64,000 nucleotides of DNA from Octopus vulgaris (GCA_951406725.2 OX597823.1:82212001-82276000), one strand, 5' to 3'. Shown: positions 22,679 to 37,351, numbered from the stretch's first letter. Numbers and translations: made by a program. Notes: generated by a model from the sequence alone, not told the origin.

Positions 22679-25499
22679 ATCATTTTTGTAAGAACTGTAA
22701 TTTGAGGAAGATTTGACTGCTAATTATAGCAGGTTGAGCAACAGCTAAGCGACTACCTTATTGACTTATGTGGTGTTTTGATGTTTTCATTTGAGGTTGT
22801 CTCTGTTTTGTAACAGGCTGGCTATTTCAATTATGTATTTAGGGTCGAATGATTTTAGCATTACCTTGTAGAACAGGTTTTCTTATGTCTATATAATTAT
22901 TTACCCGAACTGTGTATGAATGTATGCACTGTGTGTTATTTACGACGCCGATTGCGGGATTTATTAATATTTGCGAACTATAATTCTGTCTCTCGTTTGC
23001 AGTGGTCCCATCGAACTTTGTCATTTTTCAATGTAGTTTTGTTTATGTTACAATGATGATAGGATAATATCTGAAACAGTGTGGAGGAGCTCTTTTACCA
23101 TGTGTTTATGGGAACTCAGTGTTTAGAGCAGAAAATGATGTCTGTCGAGCAGTTACTGCAGTTAACTTAGTGAACTGTGAGAACTTAGAGCGTAAACAGT
23201 ATTATATTTTTCCTTTGTTATCTATTTTAATTTTGTACCAGGATGTCAAGTCTTCTCTAATGTTACTACAGCAGATCACATAAGCACCAGTACATATCAC
23301 ATAAACATATCTCGAATCGTGACGAAATAAAATACAGAAAACTGAAGGAAACACCATTATTTTGTAATTAATTTCGGTCGAGATCCCACGTCGATTTTCC
23401 TTCCAAGATAGTACAAAAATAACAAGCCTCAATGAACGTGCTGACAGAGGAGTTTGTTCACCCTTTACAAAATATATACGTAAGGTAACCAGAGTGCGCT
23501 AAGTAAACAAAATACAAAGAAAATGTATTTTCACCGATACAATACTTAAAATACAAACATGAATATAATAAAAAAAATCTGAAAAGTCCTAAAATATAAT
23601 GTTTTATTGCAAAGGGAATCTCGATTTGTGAAAAGTAGCCCAAATACGCCAGAAATCCAATCCTATTTTCTTAAACAAGAAAGGAATAATCTGATAACAC
23701 AGTCCTGGATATCTACAAAATAGACAAAATATTCGTGAATAGAATGTGTTTAAAAGATAGTTTTGCGCAGTCGAGGTTGACCAGGAGGTAAAAAATCATA
23801 ATAAGAGTGAAAGTTAAATCAACATTATACGTCATTTTCAAATACAAAATCACTCTTCGACAACTCTTGACATACATAAAGTTCCTTGACTATTGCAAAT
23901 ATGAGTGAGAGCAAATGTTTTGTGAAACACGTGAATAGGTCCCCACTCTACAGGTTAGCATGGATATCGTAGTGTTAACAACGAGCAATGCTTTACTGAA
24001 ATTATTCCAAAGCTTCTACAAAATTAATAGTGATGACATTAAAATAGGAGTGCTAGCTGAATCATAAGCGCATCAGACAAAACGCTTCATGATTGTTGTA
24101 GCTCTTTACATCCTGAGCTCAAAGCCAGCTTTGCTTTCATCCTTTCAAGATCGATAAATAAAAGTAGCAGTTAAATGCTTGATTCGATGGTATTGATTAA
24201 CCTAGTCCCTTAAAACTCTAAATCTTAGGCCTTCATAAGAAGCCATTATTTATTAGAGTACCGGAATAAATACCCTGCGGTATCTATTCGGGCCCTTTAC
24301 TTTTTGTGCTTAGAATTAAAACGCTCGGCGAAACACATAGCATTATGTAGTTACAACTCTTTAATTTCTGAGTTTAATTCTAACCGAAATTGATTTTGCT
24401 TTTCACCTTTGTAGAATAAAGGAAATATATTGGTGGTAAGTGTAAGAGAGAGAGAGAGGGGGGAGAGAGAGGAAGAGAAACAGAGAGAGAGAGAGGTTGT
24501 ACAGGAAGTGGCAGGTGTTGCTATTGTTGGCGATAAAATGAAAATTCTCGTGCACTTGTATTGGAATTTCTTAAATTGTCAAACTTTGTAATTCTCATCT
24601 CATTGCTTCCTCATTTCTTATGATCTGAATTCTTTCATGTTTAAAATAAATCCATTTCTTTCGTCTTAATTTCTCTTCATTCATAGTTCCTTACACTAAA
24701 TGGTTTATCAGAGTACAGAAAGATGGAACCACGCTCTGGCATTTCTGAATATTCTCTTTATAAATTTCTTGTTTTGTTTCAACTCATGAAATTATGGTTA
24801 ATAATGCATCTCCGAAGACTTAACTTGTGAATTCGTTATGCCATTCTTGTTTGCTAGACTTAATCAGTCACCCTTTTTAAACAGCATCTTCTGACACTTT
24901 GGTACCTGTTGCGGAGTCCTCCCAGAAGCAAGCATTCGGCCCATATTTTCTGATTTTCAGAAAGCACAGTTCTTGACATGCTGCTTCCTGCTGTATTGAT
25001 TCACAGATTCTTTTTTTACTTTGTTCCCGACCAATCTCAGAGACCTTGGAAATCATCAAAAGCTTCACCTGGCCCCTTGGTGTCATCAATAGAATCTACT
25101 CTATGGCAAGCATTCAGCCTAAGTTTCCTAATTTTAGGAAAGCACATATCTTGATATGCTGCGTCAAGCTGTAGAAATACATGATTTATGGATTTTCACT
25201 CATTTCCTTCCCCCACCAGTTTCTGAGAACTTGTGGAAGATAAATAGCTTAACACTTAATCCTCTGAAATAAGTACAAACAATAATAAGCAATAATATAC
25301 ACTAACGGAACTGGTTTATATTCTCGTAGAACAAATGCTCTTGTTTATATATTGATTCATAAATTTACTGACAGTTATAATATGAGTTCATTACGTTAAA
25401 CATTTCCATTATATTTTCGATTTTCCCCGCAGTTAAGATTGTTAAAGCGTAACGCTCAAACTTGATGCTTTACTTTAAAGATATCGATTATCATTCTAT

Positions 25500-25672
25500 A
25501 TTTTTTTCTTTCCTTGTTTCTCTCCTTGTTTTTTTCTGTGTCCCTTTCTGTAGAAGAGCGTAGGCTCGAAACATAAAAGACTTTTTCAATTCCTGAGCGT
25601 TATACTAATACATCTGTTTGCTTTGTACAACACCTGTCTTCGTCTTTTGTATTTTTCGTGAACTCTCCCTAT
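25500..25672 (+). mobile_element. Short Penelope-terminus-like element with a CUGUAGA hammerhead variant (25544-25580)
   Basis: cttt-CTGTAGA-a-gagc-gtag-gctc-GAAAC-ata-aaag; same family as 2972-3010. Confidence 0.55.
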
Positions 25673-26504
25673 ATTTAAAGATACTCTACCTTTTGAACAC
25701 ACGGGTACGTTTTAGCGGGTACGATTTTTATTTGACTCTATTATTGGCAGACGTAAAGCGAGCAGGTTCGTGGTTTTGTGTTTACGGCTCGCTAATTGGC
25801 AGAAACATCATTATTTTCAGCCGTAAAACAATTTGGCTTTTTGCATTTTCTGGAGGTATTGTCAAACGAAATCGCACTTGCTAAAGTATAATCACGGGTT
25901 CAAAGAGTTAAAGTGTAACACTCGAATTCACTTCACTATTTTAATGACTTTAGTTTATCTTTGATCTCGTTTGATAATTAATGTAGTTAATATCTCAACA
26001 CTCGAACGCATGTCGTGACTACCTGAATAATACTATTGATTAATTTTCCCATTATTTCTTAATTATCCGCTATTAATTCCAGTAGGCTAAAAACAGAATT
26101 GTTCTGTTTTTAAGTGTATTTCTAAAATACATTTCATGCCTGAGAGTCGAAGAAAATATCGTAAGTGATGTGTAACAACAGCCTGGAACGACTAAAAACG
26201 TAACAACGGCGAAACAAACAAAATAAGAATTGCTTGTTATTGACTAGCAGTTTGCTGTGTTTAGGATGTGAGGAATTTAACGAGAGTGACATTTAAATAT
26301 AATCAAGAAAACTGGGTACTTCACCGTTATATCACGTTGCTGACAGCATGTGTCTTTGTAATTGACTCACTCATAATTCTCCATTCTAACATTCTTTTAA
26401 TGAAATCCACTTCGAATAGATTTAACACCAAGGACCAGTCTGAACCGGTTCTTGTATTTCAAATGTCTATTTTCCTGTGCATCCCTCTCTCTCTCTTTCT
26501 CTAC

Positions 26505-26578
<74 letters not shown>

Positions 26579-27536
26579 GTCTCTTCCTCTCTATATGCAT
26601 GTATGTATATTCATACGTGGGAATGTGTGCGCGGGCGTAGCGGAACTGTAGGACTACGTGTATGTCTGCATATGTATGGAGGAAAAAAAGATAAGAGGGG
26701 TGAACTTAAAAAAAAAGATGCACCAACAAAGGAAGAATACCAAGGAGAGCCAGACAGACAGAAAGAGAGAGGGAATAGAAAGGCCAACGTAAAAAGAGAT
26801 GGAATGAGTGAGATTCTTTGTCAAAGAGAAGGATAAAGATAGAGTGGAACTGATGGGGCAACAGTAAAAGGTTGAAGAGGGAGAGGAAGATAAACAGAGA
26901 CAGCGAAAAAAAAAGAAAAAGAAAAACAGAAAATTTTCTTTAATATTGCGCAAGGATAAAAAAATCGGCGTGGGCAATTCTACTAAGTTTATTTACCTCA
27001 CTATTATTAGAGGTACACATTCAATAGGACTTCTAAAGAAGGCTGGTGTAGTTTGAACCCAGAATCTAAAGTGGATTGGCAAAGGTATTGGGGGTTTTCA
27101 TTTCGGCTTCCTGTGCACTGAGTTCGAATTCTACTTATCATTTCCAAAGAAAGAAAGAAAATATCAGTCAAGTACTGGAGTCGATTTTTTTCTTTTTCCT
27201 ATCTCTTACTAATCTCAAATGATGGATTAGAATAACACTCTAGATTTCAATGGCTATATATAGCATGCATGACATCCAGAAGCATATTTCAGCAACAAAA
27301 ATATGCCTTGCAGCACAAAAGGTTACTGAATATCTTCGTTTATGCTTTAAAATAGATATTACCATGGTAAATGCGATTAATACTCACGAAGCGAATCGTA
27401 TTAGTTTTTTTAAAAATGCAAGTTTAAAAAGGGACTATATAGGAGGAGAAGTAGGGAATAAACCAGCATCACATCTCAAAGGCGCAAATGGCTAGAAGGT
27501 TCGGATGGGTTTGGTTAAGGACACCGTGATCGTGAA

Positions 27537-27638
<102 letters not shown>

Positions 27639-27659
27639 ATTTACACACACACATATATG

Positions 27660-27696
<37 letters not shown>

Positions 27697-27708
27697 TTAT
27701 ATACACTT

Positions 27709-27749
<41 letters not shown>

Positions 27750-28206
27750 TAGACTGACATGCCAACAGACAGACAGATATAGATAAATAAGTAGATAGAT
27801 AGACAGATACATTGATAGGCAGATATAAATATTGATAGATACCATCGTACATACATGCAGGCATACGTAGTACCTATATACCTATAATTTATATAAGTTG
27901 TTGGATGTTTGGAGGTGAGCATAGTGGACATTATCACTGCAAGCCCTCATTAACCAGGAAGATTGGTAGAATTAAGGAGAATCTTGAACCCTAGGAAGTC
28001 AAGACCTGCGTGAAGGACAAATAGTTTCAGAGAATTACAAAGAGTCAAAGTCTAATGGAGGGAAGTATAGAGTGTAGCAATTAGTGAGGAGGCCATTTTG
28101 ATTTCGACACCTTAGGACAGGATAGCCACTGACCGTTACATCAGCAACATTCTCTGTATGTATGTATGTATGTATGTATGTATGTATGTATGTATGTATG
28201 TATGCA

Positions 28207-28250
<44 letters not shown>

Positions 28251-28394
28251 TAAATAGACAAATACATACATACATATATACATATATTTTCATATATATG
28301 TGGATATATATATTATTTATTTATGTGTATATATCTGAGGGCGTGCATGGGCGTGTGTGGGCGTGCATGGGCGTGTGTGGGCGTTTGTTTGTGT

Positions 28395-28449
<55 letters not shown>

Positions 28450-28943
28450 GTGTGTGTATAATATGTATATATATATATATATATATATAAATATGTATAT
28501 ATATATATATATATAAATATGTATATATATATTTATACACACACACACAAATACATAACAAGTATACTGTATTAAAAATACGTAATCCATAAAAGCTACC
28601 TCACCACAATCCTTCACCAGAGCTGATAGAAGGAACATTACTACATTAGTCTATGAAATTATTGCAATTAATAACCATGTCTTTAAAATCTTTGATCCAC
28701 TTCTATGACGCACTGATTACGTTGGTGCCGGTTTGAAGCGAAGCTATCCAGACCAACATGGAAGTGTAATTTCCGCTCAACAACAGAATTCTATGCTTCA
28801 ATGTTGGGCAATTTTAAATGATACATATCTCTGCTAATTATGTTCCTAATTACTTAGACTGTGTCAGCCACTCGTTTCCCGTTGCAATTTCTATTCGATG
28901 CAGTTTTGTATTAGGTTTTTGTTATTTACAAACTGACTCATTT

Positions 28944-29531
28944 ACAGCGGCGGTGGCGGTGGCGGTGGAGGTGCTGGTGGTGGTGGTGGTAGTAACAGTG
29001 GTGGTTGGGGTGGTAGCGGTGGTGGTGGTAGTAACAGTGGTTGTTGGGGTGGTGGTCGTAGTAACAGTGGTGGTTAGAGTAGCAGTGGTGGTACTGGTAG
29101 TAAGAGTAGTGGTTGGGGTAGTAGTGGTGGTGGTGGTAGTAACTGTGGTGGTTGGGGTGGTAGCGGTACTGGTGGTGGTGGTGGTTATAGCGGTCGCGAT
29201 GGTGATGGTATTATTGCTGGTGGCGATTGTGGTGGTGGTGGTTGGAGATGATAGCGGTAACGGTAGTGGTTGTTGCTGTGGTGGTGGTTATGGCAGTGGT
29301 GATGGTTATGGTAGTGCTAGTGATGGTAGTAGTGGTGGTGGTGGTGATGGTGGTGGTGGCAGTAGTAGTAAGAGTGGTGGTGATAGTGGTGGTGGTAGCA
29401 GCACTAATAGTAGTGGAGGTGGTGATCGTAGTAATGGTAGTGGCGATGGTGATGGTGGTATTATTATTATTATTATTAGTAGTAGTAGTAGGAGGAGGAG
29501 GAGGAGGAGGAGGTGGAGGTGGAGGAGGAGT
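28944..29531. repeat. Degenerate (GTG/GTA)n low-complexity tract
   Basis: Direct reading. Confidence 0.9.
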
Positions 29532-29791
29532 AATTGCTGCTATATTTATATTTCTTGCAACTGCTGTAAATGATTTCATGAAAGAAGATAGATTAGATAA
29601 TATTTCGTTTGATTAATCACGCAACATTGTTTAAAAAAAATGAGTGACGGGTGATATTTTGTCATTTTTTTCTTCTCTCCCAAGTCATTAATGCTCTAAG
29701 TGAATTGGGATGCTTTATATGTATATCAAAGAAAAAATTTAGTACTGTCAACGGTAAACCGAACCTCGCGGGGCTTTCTGAACGACAGTTG

Positions 29792-30196
29792 CTCTTTTAC
29801 TTGTTTCAGTCATGTGACTGTGGCCATGCTGGAGCACCGTCTTTAGTCGAGCAAATCGACCCCAGGACTTATTCTTTGTAAGCCTAGTACTTATTCTATC
29901 GGTCTCTTTTGCCGAACTGCTAAGTTACGGGGACGTAAACACACCAGCAACGGTTGTCAAGCGATGTTGGGGGGACAAACGCAGACACACAAACAAACAC
30001 AGACACAAAGGCACACACATATACATATATACGACGGGCTTCTTTCAGTTTCTGTCTACCAAATCCACCCACAATGCTTTGGTCGACCCGAGGCTATAGT
30101 AGAAGACACTTGCCCAAGGTGCCACGCAGTGGGACTGAACCCGGGACCATGTGGTTGGTAAGCAAGCTACTTACCACACAGCCACTCCTACGCCTA
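29792..30196 (-). mobile_element. SINE family A, full length
   Basis: Near-identical reverse complement of the 22272 copy. Confidence 0.92.
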
Positions 30197-30789
30197 TGAA
30201 TTTTTTTTATTTAGTAGTGCGCTCGCCTGATGATGAGCCATGTATCATGCGACTCGCTGCTTGGAAAAGGTTGCTCATGCCTGATGTCAGCATCGTGTGC
30301 TGGAAAAATGCGGTTGGGGGAAAATCCAGAGGGATGATGTTGTAGAAAGAATGAATGGGTCAAAGTGCGTCACGTGATGTTTGAGGATATAAATGAGTGG
30401 AGACAATGTTGTGACGAGGACATGAGTAGAAGTGTCAGTAGAAGTGTCGAGAAAGGGTTGTCAGTGCTGTAGCGGTAAAGAGACAATGCATCAAGGAAGA
30501 GCAGTTGTAGTGCGTTGGTGAATGACTTCGTGCCCCTCAGTCGAGTGGTTTTGTTTTAAGGTGTGGTATCGAAAGTCTGCATGTATAATAACTTTCCTGT
30601 TTCAGATCTGAATAGCTCTAGACTCCCCAGAAAGTTCAAATAAATTCTGCTTTAATGCCTGAATACCGTCGTTTAACAAAATTTTTATAGACCATACCCT
30701 AAGAAATCGGTGTGATTCAACTTATTCAAGAGACCTTGGAAGTGATCTGAACTGGGAACATACAGAAACAAATATATGAATGTATAAAC

Positions 30790-31475
30790 GTCTGCCGATA
30801 CGTTCTGAGTCTGCCACTATGTTCTGAGTTCAAATTCCGCCGAGGTCGACTTTGCCTTTCATTCTTTCGGGGTCGATTAAATAAGTACCAGTTACGTGCT
30901 GGGGACGATATAATAGACTTAACTCCTTTGTCTCTCCCTGTTTGTCCTCTCTGTGTGTAGCCCCTTGTGGGCTGTAAAGAAATAAGAAACGTTAGCACGC
31001 CGGGCGAAAAGCGCAGTGGTAGTTCGTCTGTCTTTATGCTCTGAGTTCAAATTCCGCAGAGGTCGACTTTGCCGTTCATCCTTTCGGAGTCGATAAATTA
31101 AGTACCAGTTGCATACTAGGGTCGGTCTAATTGACTGGCCCCCTTCTCCCAAAATTTCGGGCCTTGTGCCTAGATTTGAAAAGAATATTGCACCACATTT
31201 TATATAGTTATCTATTATTTTTTTCTTTTGGTTACACGGAAATTGAAGAAGGAAAATCGTAATATTGGAGTATAATGGACGGCGAGCTGGTAGAATAGTT
31301 AGCATGCCAGGCAAAATACGTAGCGGGATATCATCCGTCTTTACGTTCGGAGTTCAAATTCTGCTGAGGTCGAGTTTGCCTTTCATTCATTCAAGGTCGA
31401 TAAAATAGGCACCAGTTGAGCACCGGGGTCGATGTAATCGACTTAGCCCCTACCCCGACAAAAAATTTGAAATTA
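30790..31475 (+). mobile_element. SINE family B tandem cluster
   Basis: Repeated ctgagttcaaattccgccgaggtcgactttgcc units with two different tails (30940-30985 versus 31140-31185); further copy at 31277-31475. Confidence 0.85.
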
Positions 31476-33669
31476 ATATTGAAGAGAAATAACACTTTTA
31501 TGACTTATATCGTGTAATGCAACGTAATTTGTGTACAGTAATATAAACTTCACCAAAATCGATTCATACGTACATTGTATAGTTTAGACTAAAAGGCAAA
31601 CGTATAATATTTATATCGTTTAATGATTGAGGCAGTTTCATACCGGAGGAGGTATTTTAATAGCTCAGTTGGAAGGGAAAAACAGCGCACGATATTTTTC
31701 AAAACACCTCCAAGATTGATGGAATAAATCTTTCAAAGCACCTCCAAGATTGATGATTCGCAAAACGAAAACGTATACCGAGTGCTTGCATTAAAGATAG
31801 CTCTTCTAAAGGCACCCAATGGCTTGTTGGTAGAGTTAAGTAGGTTGGGGGTTTAATGCAATAGTAGTTCCATCTAAGAGGCTTAAATATAACAAGGAGC
31901 TTGTTCAAAGTGTTAAGAAGAGGGTCAAGTTCAGAACCATTGAATTTTAAATCAATGTGGCCCCACTCTGACTGTATATAATGCGCTTACAGCATCTGGG
32001 TTTCCTAAGCGAGGAACAACAGTGAGCTGTCTTTGCCATTAAGCTTACAAACTGTCTAGAAATTTGTCCGATTTTCTTCTGACTAATATTCAACAAGAGA
32101 GAAAACTAGGGTTAATTTGTGAAACAGTGTTTTGTGGAAAGCTATTAGAAAGAAAGAGTATTCTATATTGCATCAGTACTCAAAGAAGAATATTATATCA
32201 AATGCATTATAGGAAGGTCAAACTGAACGTAAAATAAAAAAAAAAATATATAGACATGATAAAGATAGAATCCATTCGTGGTCAGATATTATTGATCTTC
32301 TACTGAATACAATCATTCTATAATGGAAATTGTAGAAGAAGCGTGCAGAATACACACAATGGCAATAGGTCGGTTACTGAAGGTAGTCACGAAAGGAGAG
32401 TTGATAGTTCATAGATCAGGAAAATGAAGGCAATCACATGAAACAGTATGTTGTGTGATATGTTCCTTGTAAAAAAAATCTACATAATGTAATTTTAACC
32501 ATTTGATTGTGGTGCATTCACGAAAGACCGTTACGGATAATGAGTCCTGCTACTCATGTTAACTGAATTAGATAATTGTGTTTGTTCATGGTATATGTAT
32601 ATTAAGGATTAATTTCATGGGGTTAACATCTGCAGTTTGACAGATGGTAGGTTGATATATCTCAAGAGGTGTGAACTTCGAACTGAAACTACCTAAATTA
32701 CTCTACAGTACATTTTAAATTACTTGCATATAAAATTTTCATCTGTGAACTGTATCGATTTCTTTACATACACAATAGCGTGAGTATGTAGCAAAGGCAT
32801 AGAGTTGATTGAATCTATTCTGGTACATGGCTGGTGCCTTACTCCCTTTGGGAGATAAAGATAAATCTACTCGATTTGAACTCAGAGACGAAACTATACA
32901 TTGACAGGTGTTTAGTCCGCCGGGCTAACGTTTCTGCCAGCTCGCTTCCTTCATTCACTTCCAAATCGTATTGAAAATTGAATAAATTTAATAAGCTCTT
33001 CCTTAATTTAGCTGCACGAACTTGAAAGAACGTTTGTTCTCTATGTCGTTTAGTGATAAAGAACAAAACCAGATTCTCATTAAGTTATACATAGTTTCAT
33101 TTCAGTTCTTGAAAGAAGTAACAAGAAAGAATAGAAGGGAAACTCGTTAAATATGTTCCCTGCAGTAAATAGTTATTAACAATTTGGTGACTTCACTGAC
33201 GAACCTTTTCCCCTTTATTTGAAAGTGTTATGTTTTATTTATACAAGTAGCTTTAGGATATGTTTTTCTAAATCGACATGAATAAATTGCTTGAAATATA
33301 TTATTGCTTTTTGGAAACAAATGGACAAACCTTTGGGGAAATAACTAATAATATGATTTTGCCAAACGAAAAAAAAACAAAAAAAAACGAGATTACATGA
33401 AATAGTTGGAAAACTGAGAAATTTGAGAAACACAAAGAAACAAAGGTGACCTTCAGAGATCACCTGGAAAAACAAAATGTGTGACAATACTTGAAAAGAT
33501 AAAAATACACAAAATATTATCTAATGAAGATATACTAAACTAACTAAAAATGCTCTAAGCACTGCTGAACGCGTGTAGAATGTGAATATTTCGTCATACA
33601 ACACTGCTGAGGTAAGTCTCAGTTATCGTTGTAGTTACATTTTACCAAAGATATGGTATAGATCTGGGA

Positions 33670-33980
33670 CCCCATTCGGTGATGACTGACTATGGAATTC
33701 CACCTAGAAAGTTATCCTCCCAGGCACAAGTCCGGGAAAGGTTGTTTATGGAAGACCAGCAGTCGCCCATGCACACTGGTCTCCCCTCTCCACGCCACCA
33801 GTGTTATCCAGTGTTGGCACTTGTGACGTCGCAACTCATTTCTACAGCTGAGTGAACTGGAGCAACGTGAAATAAAGTATCTTGCTCAAGAACACAACAC
33901 ACAGCCTGGTCCGGGATCCGAACTCACAACCTCGCAATCGTAATCTCGACGCTCTAACCACTGAGCCATGCGCCTTCACT
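33670..33980 (-). mobile_element. tRNA-derived CORE-like SINE (group C variant)
   Basis: Minus-strand head gtgaaggcgcatggctcagtggttagagcg...gagttcggatccc; cttgagcaagatactt CORE-like segment. Confidence 0.8.
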
Positions 33981-34344
33981 TGGTCACGACTCCTATGTGA
34001 CTTCATGCTGTTTCTGAAACGATATCTTTATAACATATAGAATGTAGCGATTTCTTGCCCTACTATAAGACAACCCATTTGTCAGAGTGATCAGAGCTGA
34101 ATAGTGTCTATTCCAAAGAATAATTGTTATTTGAAAAGTAAAGAATATTCTTATGAAGAATCTGGTTCTTTTTCGGATACAAATCGTAAAAGAACGAGAC
34201 TAGATACATTAGGATCTTTGGGTACTTCAATGTCCATCATTTTATAAAACAAACACTCACCAAATTTAGTCCCTTCTTCTACACTTCCTTCCTGTCTATT
34301 ACAAATTGCATGAAGTCTTTTTTCGAATGAGAGGAAATTCTGGT

Positions 34345-34368
34345 TACCCTCCAGTTTTTGACCCGAGC

Positions 34369-34406
<38 letters not shown>

Positions 34407-35160
34407 TAGTGTAATAGGTGTAAAACAACATGTAGTCAACGAATATTAAAAAAATGCACGCTGGAGAACGTGGGTAGGGAGGACTCAGAAAATTCACACG
34501 ATCAAACTCACAGTATCCGAAAACTCTACGTTAATACCTCTTTTACTTGTTTCAGTCATTTGACTGCAGTCATGCTGGAGCATCGCCTTTAGTCGAGCAA
34601 ATCGATCCCAGGACTTATTCTTTGTAAGCCTCGTACTTATTCTATCGGTCTCTTTTGCCGAACCGCTAGGTGAAGGGGACCTAAACACACCAGCATCGGT
34701 TGTCAAGCGATGTTGGGAGGACAAACACAGACACACATACACATATATATACATATATACGAAAGGCTTCTTACAGTTTCCGTCTACCAAATCCACTCAC
34801 AAGGCTTTAGTCGGCCCGTGGCTATAGAAGAATACATTTGCCCAAGTTGCCATGCAGTGGGACCGAACCCGGAACCATGTGGTTGGTAAGCAAGCTACTT
34901 AACACACAGCCACACCGGGTCACACCGGGTCACAAAAATGAAAAACATGTAGTAAACAAATATGAAAGAAAAATGCGCGCTGGCGAAAGGGTGGTGGGGA
35001 GAGGACTCGAAAATTCATATCGGGTGTGTTCCGGGTCCTATCACCACCTCCCCGTTCGTCGGCGCAATTCGTTTTTACATATTCGTTTACTACATGCTGT
35101 GTTACACCGCTTACACTAATTAAAAAATTTTTTTTGCTTGGGTCAAAAACTGGAGGTTAA
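34345..35160. mobile_element. MITE with long TIRs, interrupted by a SINE A (-, 34538-34913)
   Basis: cctccagtttttgacccgagcaaaaa / tttttgcttgggtcaaaaactggagg; subterminal inverted match 34408-34482 versus 35043-35118. Confidence 0.8.
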
Positions 35161-36380
35161 CCTAAATTCTTTGGTAGGGGTCCTGTTTTTTAATAACATC
35201 ATATCCTCCTTCATATGACTTTGTGCGCGATTCTACTGAGATGGGCCAGTCTTATTTTATGCAAAAGTATCTCCAAATAATTGTGTACAAATTTCATTTT
35301 TATATGAACGACATTGCTAAAAACTTCAAATGCTTTTAGGGACAATAAAACTCACCAATAAAATATCCCAATTGATCTTCAAACATTTTCAAAGAACTTA
35401 TTAGAAAGTGAAAACTCCAAAGAATTCTTCGAATTTGCTTTATTTGCCATTGAATGTACTATTAACGATTCAAATAATGGCGTGACAATACATTGCCGTT
35501 ATTGTTGTCAAGACAACAAGATAAAAAAAATGAAAAAAATCTGAATATCTTAGAGCTTCCTTTTGATATAGCCATACTCTAAAGGAAAAAAAATTCGTCT
35601 GAGATCAATATTACTAAGCTGGCTTCTTAGATTTTTTTTTTATTTTTAGAATTATGCAAATTACTATTGTCCAGAATTATTCGTAAATACTTTTGCACTT
35701 GTAAAATTCTATTTCAACAGTTGTAGCACAGCAAAGATGACGATATTTGGTTCACGCAGTCTAATCATACGAAATCATAGCTGTCATCATGAATGCTTAA
35801 CAAATAACACAGTTTCCCCATAAGCATGTTAATTAACAATTTGCAGTGAAACTCGTTCATAATTTGTTGATATTGTCTCCATTTTCGCTAACAGTTGTCG
35901 TTTCAATTATGCTTTGTGGGTATGCTATTCAGTGCACCAGCACATAATCTGAAAATTAAAATGGAATCGAGCAAATGATAACAAGGGAGCTTATAAATGT
36001 CCATGATCTATGCGAGTTATAACAGCTAAATCACCTACATATCAAATGCGAAAGTTAAAGAAAGAGGCGCCCTGGATTATGTTGTTTATACTGTTCTGCT
36101 TTCCTTGTACAGATGACAACAGACGTGAGTAATATTTTAGATCATAAGTCTGCTCGATCAAGTTTAATATGGGGCTGAAGAACAATGTCAAAGATTGGTA
36201 AGGGTCTCTATCGTGCATTGTGTGCATGTCTCCCTCTATCTCTCTGTATCACACACAACACACACGACACAGACACACAGACACACAGACACACGTACAC
36301 ACAAGTACAAACACACATTTACAATAACTTATGTCATATGTTTATATATATATATATATATATATACATATGGTATTTTT

Positions 36381-36577
36381 ATATAAGCTTAAATTTAATG
36401 GCGATCACTGAGGAAAATAGTCTAATAACGGGGCATATAAGCCCTCGGCAAAAAAAGCCATTCCTATTCGCATGGGACTCGAACCTTCTTTTTTCTGTCG
36501 AGAGGTTGCATGCCCCGTTATTAGACTATTTTCCTTAGTCATTGCACGGTCATCGCTACAAGCTTAAAGCTTATATA
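36381..36577. mobile_element. Fold-back element next to (TA)n
   Basis: atataagctt...ctgaggaaaatagtctaataacggggcat / atgccccgttattagactattttccttag...aagcttatat. Confidence 0.8.
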
Positions 36578-36639
36578 TAAATACGATTATTATTATTTAC
36601 AGGATTGTAAAATACGGCACCGTATAACAATATATATAT

Positions 36640-36821
36640 AGGCGCAGGAGTAGTTGTGTGGTAAGAACCTTGCTTCCCAACCACATGGTTCTAGGTTCAG
36701 TCCCACTGCGTTGCAACTTGGGTAAATGTCTTCTACTATAGCCTCGGACCGACCAAAGCCTTGTAAGTAGATTTAGTAGACAGAAAATAAAAGAAGTCCG
36801 TCGTATATATGCATATATATG

Positions 36822-36872
<51 letters not shown>

Positions 36873-37070
36873 CTGTGTTTGTCCCTCCACCATCGTTTGA
36901 CAACTTGACAGCCAATGTTGTGGCTACGTCCCCGCAACTTAGCGGTTCGACAAAAAAGGACCAATAAAATAAATGCTAGGCTTACAAAGAATAAGTCCTG
37001 GGGTCGATTTGCTCGACTAAAGGCGGTGCTCAACCATGGTCGCAGTCAAAGGATTGTAACAAGTCAAAGA
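36640..37070 (+). mobile_element. SINE family A, full length
   Basis: Matches the 22272 copy, with expanded internal (TA)n(TG)n. Confidence 0.9.
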
Positions 37071-37351
37071 ATATGTATATATATATGTAGTGCTACTCGC
37101 TAACGATGCAGCCATGCATTCAGGTCGCATGTAATATGCTGATAGCACTACGGCGTAAATAACATTTGATACTACAAGCTCTGTTCTTTTATGTTATATT
37201 TACGACGTGCAACATTAGCAAAAGCCTGATGTTAATGTTCAGTATTACATTTTTAGTTTTAATGGCGCAGTGAAACTGATATTGATCCAAAAGTAACGAA
37301 TATATAATTATATTATATATTTGTGGACGTGCGAGAACAATAATACATACA

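Noticed and set aside
25685-25910. Possible piggyBac-like MITE ending gggttcaaagagttaa
   Set aside because: The left TIR and TTAA are too decayed to confirm
27930-28150. Minus-strand CTGATGT...GAAATC and an LDFLGFKI-like peptide
   Set aside because: Too degenerate to support either a ribozyme or an RT call
28818-29616. Gly/Ser/Val-rich 251-aa ORF
   Set aside because: Low-complexity GTG/GTA repeat open in several frames, with no splice or domain support
30215-30560. Possible minus-strand LINE 3' remnant (also an RTE-like trace at 31870-32370)
   Set aside because: Only vague similarity by eye, with no intact motif
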